Shown in pieces: positions 10,372-18,514 of a stretch of DNA of 64,000 bases (its first letter is position 1; each line of letters opens with the position of its first letter). Below the pieces are notes generated by a model. That model did not search any database, was not told where the DNA came from, and saw only the letters and a list, made by a program, of their open reading frames with translations. Location: NCBI GenBank assembly GCA_963664295.1, contig OY760935.1, positions 288,001 to 352,000 of the forward strand, written 5' to 3'. This stretch comes from Candidatus Altimarinota bacterium. Lineage in GTDB: Bacteria; Patescibacteriota; Gracilibacteria; CAIRYL01; GCA-016699755. Made by a program: the position numbers and the translations under genes.

Positions 10372-12005
10372 AATTTAATAAGAATTTTATCTTCTAACAT
10401 AGGCACTTTTGTTAAGAAAAAAGGCCAAGGAGCAATTTTTACATCAGATATTTCTGCAAAATTAACTAAAATATTTTCTGCTTCATCAATTTTTTTGCCT
10501 TTTATGGCTTCTTTTACGCTGTTTACAAATCTAATTCCATCTGGATTTTCAGGTTCTATCAAATAAGCTTCTATTCCTTTTGCATTTACATTTATTTTTA
10601 AGCCTTTTGTTTCTTCAGGCACATCAAAAGGATTGATAATAACTGAGCTAGGATCAATTTTTTCTAAATACATACCATCGTCAACATTATCAGACAGCTC
10701 ATCTCTAAGAATAGAGACTAAATCAGAGGCATCATATGCCCAGCTATCAACCTCTATTTCTGCATAAGCTTTAAAGCTTTCCGTGTCTGTGTTTAATTTT
10801 TCTTTTTCTACTGAGATATCTGTGATTTTTTTATTTACAAATTTACTTTCAGGCACTAATACAAGGTTTGTTCCTTCTAGGGCATTTTTTTCTCTAATAA
10901 ATTTTTCAAGATTAGCCTGGGTTTCTTCTTCAATTTTTTCCTGAATATATTTTTTTGCCATTTCAAAATCTTCTTCTGTCACTTTTGGCTCCCAAGAGGT
11001 CACACCTCCGCCTAATGGTTCTCGAACTTCTGCCCACATTATTTCTTGTCCAGCTGGCGGTAAGCCGGGGATTATTAGCCTTTCTGGCTCAAGAATATTG
11101 CCACTCTCGCCAACAATATCGCCATATATATCTCTTTCGTCTGCTTTTACAGTGACAACTACTTCTCCATTGCCCTCTGCGCTTGCTCCTGGCACTGTTG
11201 CCCATTCGGAAATGCGATAAACAACACCTTTATCGCTTTGAAAACGGGTTTTTGGCTTTAAAGATCTTGGCTCTTGATAAGCATTTATTATTACTATTTG
11301 TCCTTCTGTGTGTTTGCCTGTAAAAACTTTAGTTATTGTTTTAAAATCAATTTCTTTATTAAAACTAGCTTCTATTTTATAACCAGAAATAATATGCCTT
11401 TTCTTATTAAAAGAGATGCTATCAATGCTTTCTTGGGGAGCAAGAGTGACATTAACAACAGTAGGAATTGTTTTTCTTTCAGGTTTTATATAAATAGTTG
11501 CACCAGGCAATGTCCACATAGAAACAAAGAAAAATAAAGCCAATGTAATTACAGAAAGAGTAATTAGCATTGCTTTTGATGGTCTGGAAAAAATTTCTCG
11601 CCAATTTATTTTTTCTGCTTCTTCGTCTTCTTTTTTTTCTTTTTCTATTATTTCATCAACTCTAAAAGTCTTTTGATTTATGCTTGATTTTTTTTTATTA
11701 CTATTTGCTTTAATTGGCACTTTTCCTAAAAGTGCTGTTTCTAGTTCTTCCAAGGTTTCAAATGTTGGCACTCCGGCATTTTCAGACATTTTTTGACCTT
11801 TTTTGTTTTTTGTCACTATATAAATAGTCTTATTTAGTTCTTCTGATTTATTGCGAAGTATTTTTATATTAATTATGCTTTGAAAAAAAGTGGCTTTTTG
11901 CGGAATTACAAAAACCACATTATCTTTTTTGGTTTTTTTTAGATAACTTATAGCTTCGCTTACTTCGTCCTGATTGTTTAAAAAAATAACTCTTTGGTTA
12001 ATCAT
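10359..12005 (-). CDS. Membrane-anchored protein with baseplate J/gp47-like domain (conserved CPR hypothetical)
   Basis: N-terminal FQSIINIKILR domain, one TM (LITLSVITLALFFFVSMW), then GQIVIIN..LKPKTRF..GVVYRI..TVPG..VTVKAD..G..GNI, ending ISDVKIAPWPFFLTKVP. Confidence 0.6.
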   Translation of the reverse strand: MINQRVIFLNNQDEVSEAISYLKKTKKDNVVFVIPQKATFFQSIINIKILRNKSEELNKTIYIVTKNKKGQKMSENAGVPTFETLEELETALLGKVPIKANSNKKKSSINQKTFRVDEIIEKEKKEDEEAEKINWREIFSRPSKAMLITLSVITLALFFFVSMWTLPGATIYIKPERKTIPTVVNVTLAPQESIDSISFNKKRHIISGYKIEASFNKEIDFKTITKVFTGKHTEGQIVIINAYQEPRSLKPKTRFQSDKGVVYRISEWATVPGASAEGNGEVVVTVKADERDIYGDIVGESGNILEPERLIIPGLPPAGQEIMWAEVREPLGGGVTSWEPKVTEEDFEMAKKYIQEKIEEETQANLEKFIREKNALEGTNLVLVPESKFVNKKITDISVEKEKLNTDTESFKAYAEIEVDSWAYDASDLVSILRDELSDNVDDGMYLEKIDPSSVIINPFDVPEETKGLKINVNAKGIEAYLIEPENPDGIRFVNSVKEAIKGKKIDEAENILVNFAEISDVKIAPWPFFLTKVPMLEDKILIKLWTE

Positions 12006-12008
12006 TTT

Positions 12009-13199
12009 TTATTCTTTTAATACTGAGAGTCCTGGCAAAACTTTGCCTTCCAAAAATTCAATCATTGCACCTCCGCCAGTAGAAATATGAGAAAATTTAT
12101 CTTCAGGTATATTAAAGCGGTCAATTGCCTCTATTGTATCACCTCCGCCAATTATTGTTTTTGCTGATGAGTCTGCAATTGCTTTGCAAATTTCTTTTGT
12201 GCCACCAGCAAAAATATCATACTCAAATAAGCCCATTGGACCATTCCAAATAATCATTTTTGCTTTTTTAATAATTTCTATATACATTTTTTGGCTCATT
12301 TCGCCAATATCAAGAATTTTGTCACTTGTGGAGACATTTTCTACAGGCATATCAAAAAATTCCGCATCATGGGCTATTTCCTTAGAAACTATAACATCAA
12401 TTGGTAGTTTTAATTTTCCTCCTTGTTCTTCAGATTCAGCAAGCATTTCCTGTGCTTGTTCCATTCTGTCTTTTTCGCACAATGATTCGCCAACTTCATA
12501 CCCCTGAGCATACAAAAATGTATTAGCAATACCGCCACCAACAAGCACGCTGTCCGCAGTTTTTAAAAAGTGTCTAATTACACCAATTTTAGTTTCAATT
12601 TTTGCCCCGCCTGTCACCAAAACCATAGGATGTTCACGATTTTTAACAGCCTCAGAAAGCACTTTTACCTCTTTTTCAACCAATAAACCAGCACAAGAAG
12701 GCAAAAAATGAGCAACTCCTACAGTAGAGGCATGACCTCTGTGTACAGTGCCAAAGGCATCTTGCACAAAAAGATCACAAGCTTCTGCTAGTTGTTTAGA
12801 AAAATCACGAACATTTTCTTTTTCACCTGTATGAAAGCGAGTGTTTTCAAGAACTAATATTTCACCAGGTTTTAAATTGTTTTTTGCTTCCAAAATTTCT
12901 TTACCAATACAATCATCAACTTTTTTTACAGGTTTTTTAATTAAACCCTCAAGTTTTTTTGCAAGCGGAGTAGTGCGTAAGTCATCAACAATTCTACCGC
13001 TTGGTCTGCCAAGATGAGTAGCTATAATCACAGCAGAGCCATTATCAAGAAGATAGTCAATTGTTGGCAATGCCGCTCTTATTCGTTTGTCGTTAATTAT
13101 TTTCCCATTTTCAATGGGCACATTAAAATCAACTCTCAATAATACCTTTTTTCCTTGTAAATCTTCTTTTTTAAGGTCAGATAATTTTTTGAGGGGCAT
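12009..13199 (-). CDS. pgk: Phosphoglycerate kinase
   Basis: LRVDFNVP, THLGRP, LENTRF, GGAKIETKI, WNGPMG, HISTGGGA. ATG at 13199 preferred over the track's 13250 start. Confidence 0.97.
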   Translation of the reverse strand: MPLKKLSDLKKEDLQGKKVLLRVDFNVPIENGKIINDKRIRAALPTIDYLLDNGSAVIIATHLGRPSGRIVDDLRTTPLAKKLEGLIKKPVKKVDDCIGKEILEAKNNLKPGEILVLENTRFHTGEKENVRDFSKQLAEACDLFVQDAFGTVHRGHASTVGVAHFLPSCAGLLVEKEVKVLSEAVKNREHPMVLVTGGAKIETKIGVIRHFLKTADSVLVGGGIANTFLYAQGYEVGESLCEKDRMEQAQEMLAESEEQGGKLKLPIDVIVSKEIAHDAEFFDMPVENVSTSDKILDIGEMSQKMYIEIIKKAKMIIWNGPMGLFEYDIFAGGTKEICKAIADSSAKTIIGGGDTIEAIDRFNIPEDKFSHISTGGGAMIEFLEGKVLPGLSVLKE

Positions 13200-13310
13200 T
13201 TTGTTTAAAAAAATCACTCTTATTTTTACAAAAATTTTTTTTAATTGCACGAAAAATATTTTTATTTTTTATTTTTTATGGGAAAATGCCATTTGCTTTT
13301 TAAAAATACT

Positions 13311-14990
13311 ATGAAAAAGAGATTATTATCATTATTATTAGGTTTTACTTTTTTATTTGCAGGAATTGGCAATGGTCTAGCTTATTCTGACACACAAGAT
13401 GAAGCAGTAAACTACCTCAGAACTCAAAATGTTCTAAATAAAGCTGATAAATTTTATCCAGAAAAAAGAGTCACCAAGGGCTTATTTACGATGTGGGCAG
13501 TAAAAAATAGAAGAATTTTCTTTGAAGAAAATGAAAGAGTGCTAGAGCCTTTTGCTGATATAGATGAGCAAGAGTTTGCGCCCTATGTTGCTACTGCTTG
13601 GAAGGCAGGTGCCGTAGAAACATCTAAGTATTTTTATCCAAACACACCAATACAAAAATTAGATGCTTTAAAAATGGTTTTTGCAATTGAAGGTATTCCT
13701 GCTCCCGTAATGGGATTTGAAGTTGACGATTTTGATGATTTACCAAAAAGCGCAAAAGACAAAGGAATAATCGCCAAAAGTATTGAATTGGGCATTGCTG
13801 AACCAGATAGTAAAAATCATTTTGGTGTTGATACTGAAATAACTCGTCTGGAAGCAGTAAATATTCTTTATGAAGCAAGAATTTATCAAAATAATAATCA
13901 TAAAGTTTATTTGCAAAGCATAAAAACCTCTCCAGAAAAAACAAATGAAGATATTTTTGATGAAGTTTGGACAATTGTTCATAAAAGATACTTAAGATCA
14001 GACGAGGTTTTAGATGATGAATTGATGGACGCCGCAATAGAAGGCATGATTGAATACCTTAATGATCCTTATGGAGTTTATTATCCACCAGAGGATTTGG
14101 GTAGTTTTCTTGACCCTTTAGAGGGTGAATTAGAAGGAATTGGTGCAGAGGTTTCAATAGAAGAATTAACAGGATATGTATTTATTTCAAATCCATTAAA
14201 AAATAGTCCAGCAGAAAAAGCAGGACTAGAAGCAGGGGACTTAGTCAAAGCAGTTGACGGAGTGAATGTAAAAGGAATGACTTTAGACAAAGCAGTTTCT
14301 TTAATTAAAGGTAAAGCAGGCACAGAAGTTGTTCTCACAATAATTCGTGATGGCAAAGAATTTGATGTCACATTAGTAAGAGAAAAAATAGACCTCAGTT
14401 CAGTTTATTTTGAAGTCAAAGATAATTATTTGATTTGTGAAGTTGATTACTTTACCTCAACCACAGTAAGTGAGTTTGGAAAAATAATCGAAGAAAATTA
14501 CAACAACAGCACAAAAGGAATAATTATTGACCTTCGTGGAAATCCAGGTGGCTTTTTAGATACTGCTGTTGATCTTTTAGGTTATTTTTTTGAAAAAGGC
14601 ACAGTTGCCTTAATCACAGAAGAGGCCAATGCTACCGACAAAGAAGAAACAAGAGGCTCAGGATTATTAAAAAACACACCACTTGCTGTAATAGTTGATG
14701 AATATTCTGCTTCTTCATCAGAAATTTTTACAGGCGCAATTAAAGACTATGAAAGAGGTATAATAATTGGTTCACAAACATACGGAAAAGGTACAGTGCA
14801 AGAGCTTTCTCAGTTTTATAATGATTCTGCCTTAAAAATCACAGTGGCAGAATGGAAAACACCATTAGGAAACAAGGTAGATGGAATAGGCATTACACCT
14901 GATATTGTTTATGAAGATACAGAAGGCGATCTTGTTATTACAAGAGCAATAAAAGAACTTAATGCAGGCAAGGGAAAGCCAAAAAAATAA
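13311..14990 (+). CDS. ctpA: S41 carboxy-terminal processing protease with N-terminal SLH-like domains
   Basis: Signal peptide, SLH-like repeats (FADID, ITRLEA), PDZ (GIGAEV, SPAEKAGL), DLRGNPGG, SASSSEI, TYGKGTVQ, GITPD. ATG at 13311 preferred. Confidence 0.9.
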   Translation: MKKRLLSLLLGFTFLFAGIGNGLAYSDTQDEAVNYLRTQNVLNKADKFYPEKRVTKGLFTMWAVKNRRIFFEENERVLEPFADIDEQEFAPYVATAWKAGAVETSKYFYPNTPIQKLDALKMVFAIEGIPAPVMGFEVDDFDDLPKSAKDKGIIAKSIELGIAEPDSKNHFGVDTEITRLEAVNILYEARIYQNNNHKVYLQSIKTSPEKTNEDIFDEVWTIVHKRYLRSDEVLDDELMDAAIEGMIEYLNDPYGVYYPPEDLGSFLDPLEGELEGIGAEVSIEELTGYVFISNPLKNSPAEKAGLEAGDLVKAVDGVNVKGMTLDKAVSLIKGKAGTEVVLTIIRDGKEFDVTLVREKIDLSSVYFEVKDNYLICEVDYFTSTTVSEFGKIIEENYNNSTKGIIIDLRGNPGGFLDTAVDLLGYFFEKGTVALITEEANATDKEETRGSGLLKNTPLAVIVDEYSASSSEIFTGAIKDYERGIIIGSQTYGKGTVQELSQFYNDSALKITVAEWKTPLGNKVDGIGITPDIVYEDTEGDLVITRAIKELNAGKGKPKK

Positions 14991-14991
14991 T

Positions 14992-15582
14992 ATGAATATA
15001 CGAAATTTTTTTACTGCAAAAAATCCATTAATTCTTGCTTCAAAAAGCCCACAAAGAGCAGAAATTTTAGATCGTTTAAATATTGTTTTTGAAGCTTGCC
15101 CAAGTGATGAAGAAGAAATTTTTAATTCTAATGATCCACTGGAAAAAATAGCTCAGGATTTGGCTTTATTAAAGGCAAAATCAGTGCTCAAGAGGTATCC
15201 AAATAGCATTGTTTTGGGAGTCGATACTTTTGTGGTGTCGTCAAAAGGAAAGATAATCACTAAGCCAAAAAACAGAGAAGAAGCTAAAAAAATATTGATG
15301 GAAAAATCAAATAGCACAGAAAAAGTGCTGTCTGGCATTGTTCTTGTTAGTAAAGATAAACAATTAGTAAAAACAGAAGTTTCAAAAGTGTTTTTTGCAG
15401 ATATTAACCCTGAAGATGCAGAGATAATATTAAGTTTTAATGAATGGCAGGGGCGTAGTGGTGGTTTTTCTATTGAGGGAAAAACTAGTTTTTATGTTAA
15501 GGGAATAGAAGGGGATTTTTGGAACATTGTTGGCTTGCCTGTGTATTGTCTGAGGCAAGTGTTGAATGAATTTTTAAATTAA
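14992..15582 (+). CDS. maf: Maf family nucleoside triphosphate pyrophosphatase
   Basis: LILASKSPQRAEIL, LKAKSV, VLGVDT, KP, IEGDFWNIVGLP. Confidence 0.92.
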   Translation: MNIRNFFTAKNPLILASKSPQRAEILDRLNIVFEACPSDEEEIFNSNDPLEKIAQDLALLKAKSVLKRYPNSIVLGVDTFVVSSKGKIITKPKNREEAKKILMEKSNSTEKVLSGIVLVSKDKQLVKTEVSKVFFADINPEDAEIILSFNEWQGRSGGFSIEGKTSFYVKGIEGDFWNIVGLPVYCLRQVLNEFLN

Positions 15583-15677
15583 TTTTATTTTTGTATTACT
15601 GTATTAGTGTACTGGTACAGTAATACATTTTTAATGTTGAGTATTTGGCTTTATCTAGGGCAATTAATTTTTTTTAA
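15577..15677. repeat. 101-bp dispersed element, copy 1, containing a 36-bp palindrome (15592-15627)
   Basis: TGTATTACTGTATTAGT-GT-ACTGGTACAGTAATACA; 3 mismatches to the copy at 22469-22569. Confidence 0.9.
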
Positions 15678-15734
15678 TTGTTTTTATTTTTTGTTATTAT
15701 GAGGAGTCAGCCGTGGCGGAAAGGATTTTTTTTG

Positions 15735-16225
15735 GTCATTACTGTTGAATTACCTAAGGCAGGACTTGAGCAAGTGGACAAGGAGATTCTTCGCTCCATT
15801 TCATTCCGCTCAGAATGACAGTAAGGGTGTGTTTTTCCGCTTAGAATGACAAAAAAAAGAGGCAGGCTCGCTCAGAATAACACCTCCTGCCTCCCGAGAT
15901 TGCGGGTCGTAGCCCACAATAACAACCCAAAAAGTTCACAATGACAAATATGATGTCATCCTGAATTTAATTCAGGATCTCCCGTAGTCATTACTGTTGA
16001 ATTACCTAAGGCAGGGCTTGAGCACATAAACAAGGAGATTTTTCGCTCCATTTCATTTCGCTCAGAATGACAGTAAGGGTGTGTTTTTTCGCTCAGAATG
16101 ACAAAAAAAAGAGGCAGGCTCGCTCAGGATGACACCTCCTGCCTCCCGAGATTGTGGGTCGTAGCCCACAATGACAACCCAAAAAGCCCACAATAACAAC
16201 CCAAAAAGTTCACAATAACACCCTA
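15735..16225. repeat. Tandem pair of ~252-bp composite REP-like units (15735-15986, 15987-~16225)
   Basis: Both start GTCATTACTGTTGAATTACCTAAGGCAGG and carry GAGATTYTTCGCTCC..GCTCAGAATGACA, GAGGCAGG..CCTGCCTC and GAGATTGYGGGTCGTAGCCCACAAT. Confidence 0.92.
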
Positions 16226-16270
16226 AAGCTCTTACAATGATATTTTAAACAATGCGTTACTATAAATAAT

Positions 16271-17461
16271 TTAGAAAAAATCAGGGTAGTCTTTTTCTGT
16301 AAAATTTACCGCTGAAATATCACGAATTTTTTTGATAATATTTGGCAAAATATTAAGAAATTTATTTACATTTTCCTGATTTGTTTCTTTGCCTAAAGTT
16401 ATTCGCAAGCTACCATGAGCAAGCTCTTTTGGTAAACCAATACCAGTAAGCACATGAGATGGCTCAAGAGAAGCTGATGTGCAAGCACTTCCAGTTGCCA
16501 CCTGAAAACCCTCTTTATCAAGATGTAAAAGCAAACTTTCTCCTTCGGTATTTAAGAAAGAGATGTTTATATTGTTTGGTAAACGCTCTTTTGGGTGACC
16601 ATTTAGGCGAGTAAGTGGAATGTTCTTTAATACAAAGTTAATAATTTGATCACGCATTTTTATTAAGCGTTCATTGTTTTGAATTTTTTCTTGTTCAGCC
16701 AGTTCAAGCGCTTTGGTAATGCCAATAATTCCTGGCACATTTTCTGTGCCTGCCCTGAGTCCAAACTCTTGGCTTCCTCCAAGGATTTGCGGAGCTATTT
16801 TTATGCCTTTGCGTACATATAAAACGCCTGTGCCTTTTGGACCGTTTATTTTTGATCCATTAAGAGTCATTAAATCTATTTCTAGGTTTTTGGTATCAAT
16901 ATCTAAGGCACCACCTGCTTGACAAGCATCTGTATGAAAAATTACTCCTTTTTCTTTGGCTATTTTTGCTAATTTGCTAATTTGGTTAATTGTGCCGATT
17001 TCGTTATTTGCGTAAATAAAGCTGGCAAATAATGTGTTTGATTTAATTGCTTTTTCAAAATCAGAAGGGCTTATTTGACCATATTTATCTGGTGATAAAA
17101 ATTCTACCTCTAATCCTTGTTTTTTGAGTTTTTCAAAAGGATAAGCAACAGCGTGATGTTCTATTGAGCTGGTTATTATGTGATTTTTTTCTTTTGTTTG
17201 ATTTGCTTCAATTGCACCAAAAATAGCCAAATTATCGCTTTCTGTTCCGCTTCCGGTGAATATTATTTCTTGAGGGGTGCAGTTTAATATTTTTGCTACT
17301 GTTTCACGAGCTTTTGTTAGTGCTTCTAGTGCCTTTAGTGATGTTTTGTGTAAACCTGATGGATTGCCATATATTTCTGAGAAATAAGGCAACATTGCTT
17401 CAACAACGCGAGGGTCTGTTTTTGTTGTTGCCGCATTATCTAAATAAATATTATTAGTCAT
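16271..17461 (-). CDS. iscS: Cysteine desulfurase IscS/NifS
   Basis: YLDNAATT, YGNPS, IFTGSGTESDN, NNEIGT, HTDACQ, RAGTEN, TGSACTS. Confidence 0.96.
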   Translation of the reverse strand: MTNNIYLDNAATTKTDPRVVEAMLPYFSEIYGNPSGLHKTSLKALEALTKARETVAKILNCTPQEIIFTGSGTESDNLAIFGAIEANQTKEKNHIITSSIEHHAVAYPFEKLKKQGLEVEFLSPDKYGQISPSDFEKAIKSNTLFASFIYANNEIGTINQISKLAKIAKEKGVIFHTDACQAGGALDIDTKNLEIDLMTLNGSKINGPKGTGVLYVRKGIKIAPQILGGSQEFGLRAGTENVPGIIGITKALELAEQEKIQNNERLIKMRDQIINFVLKNIPLTRLNGHPKERLPNNINISFLNTEGESLLLHLDKEGFQVATGSACTSASLEPSHVLTGIGLPKELAHGSLRITLGKETNQENVNKFLNILPNIIKKIRDISAVNFTEKDYPDFF

Positions 17462-18052
17462 TTAATGTTCAAATTTTTTTAAAAGATTTTTAATCTTATT
17501 TTCACATTTTCCGCAAACTGTTCCACAGCCTGTCTTTTTTTGTAATTTTTCATAAGTATTTGCGCCTTCTGCATAAGCTGCTTCCAGGTCACTTTTGAGC
17601 ACATCTTTGCAACCACATACTATTTCGTCATTTGGAATTTTGTTTTTTTGTCCTGCTTGTTTGTAGTAATTATATATTGATGCTCTGAGAGCTTGGTCTC
17701 CTAATACAGAACAGTGAATTTTTTGCTCTGGTAAGCCATGAAGCTTTTTTACAATATCATTTGGTTTTATTTTTAAGGCATCTTCAAGGCTCATATCAAT
17801 TACCATTTCTGATAAGACAGAAGTGGAAGCAATTGCGCTAGCGCAACCAAAAGTTTGCCATTTACATTTAGTAATTTTATTGTCTTTTATCCAGATCCAA
17901 ATACGCATAACATCACCGCAAGCAGGCGACCCTACTGTGCCTACGCCATCAGCATCTTTTGCTTCATCTTCGCTTGTTAGCGAATTGCGAGGGTTAAAAA
18001 AATGCTCACGTACTGTATTTGAATATGCCCATTTTTTATCTTGATTACTCAT
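17462..18052 (-). CDS. iscU: Fe-S scaffold IscU/NifU-N fused to a BFD-like [2Fe-2S] domain
   Basis: GSPACGD, FGCASAIAS, KIHCSVL; C-terminal IVCGCKDV...TGCGTVCGKC. Confidence 0.9.
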   Translation of the reverse strand: MSNQDKKWAYSNTVREHFFNPRNSLTSEDEAKDADGVGTVGSPACGDVMRIWIWIKDNKITKCKWQTFGCASAIASTSVLSEMVIDMSLEDALKIKPNDIVKKLHGLPEQKIHCSVLGDQALRASIYNYYKQAGQKNKIPNDEIVCGCKDVLKSDLEAAYAEGANTYEKLQKKTGCGTVCGKCENKIKNLLKKFEH

Positions 18053-18327
18053 TGTGTTAATTGTTGATAAAGCAAATTAAGAAGTAATGTGAATAAATCT
18101 AAAATAATTATTGCTACAAGTGGAGAAAAATCAATCATACCTGTTCGCGGTGTAATTTTGCGAGCTATTATCAGCATTGGATAAACAATTTTTTTTGCCC
18201 AGATTGTGAAAAAATTGTCCTTTGGCCTAAACCAAGACATTATAATCACAATAAAAATTAAAAACTGCAAAGCTTTAATAGTGTTTGCTAGAAATAAAAA
18301 ACTAAATTGTATGATTTGTGATGACAT
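18049..18327 (-). CDS. yggT: YggT family membrane protein
   Basis: IIMSWF..P, ARKITPRTGMIDFSPLVA. Confidence 0.88.
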   Translation of the reverse strand: MSSQIIQFSFLFLANTIKALQFLIFIVIIMSWFRPKDNFFTIWAKKIVYPMLIIARKITPRTGMIDFSPLVAIIILDLFTLLLNLLYQQLTQ

Positions 18328-18514
18328 TGTTTTATTTGATTTATTGCCAAAGCATTTTAACTTTTTAGATTATTATTGTCATTATAAAATAAAAATAGTA
18401 TCCTATATGCACAATTTTAGCTGATTAAGACAAAAAACAGCTTAGAATAGCTAAAATAAGCTTGCCAAAGCGCAAGAACTTATTAAACTAAATTTTCTAT
18501 ATTTAGTTAATCCT

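Noticed and set aside
10359-12005. Prophage or contractile injection system
   Set aside because: Single baseplate-like gene with a TM helix inside a housekeeping operon; no other phage genes.
15735-16225. CRISPR array
   Set aside because: Sequences between the repeats are themselves repeated rather than unique spacers, spacing is irregular, and no cas genes are present.
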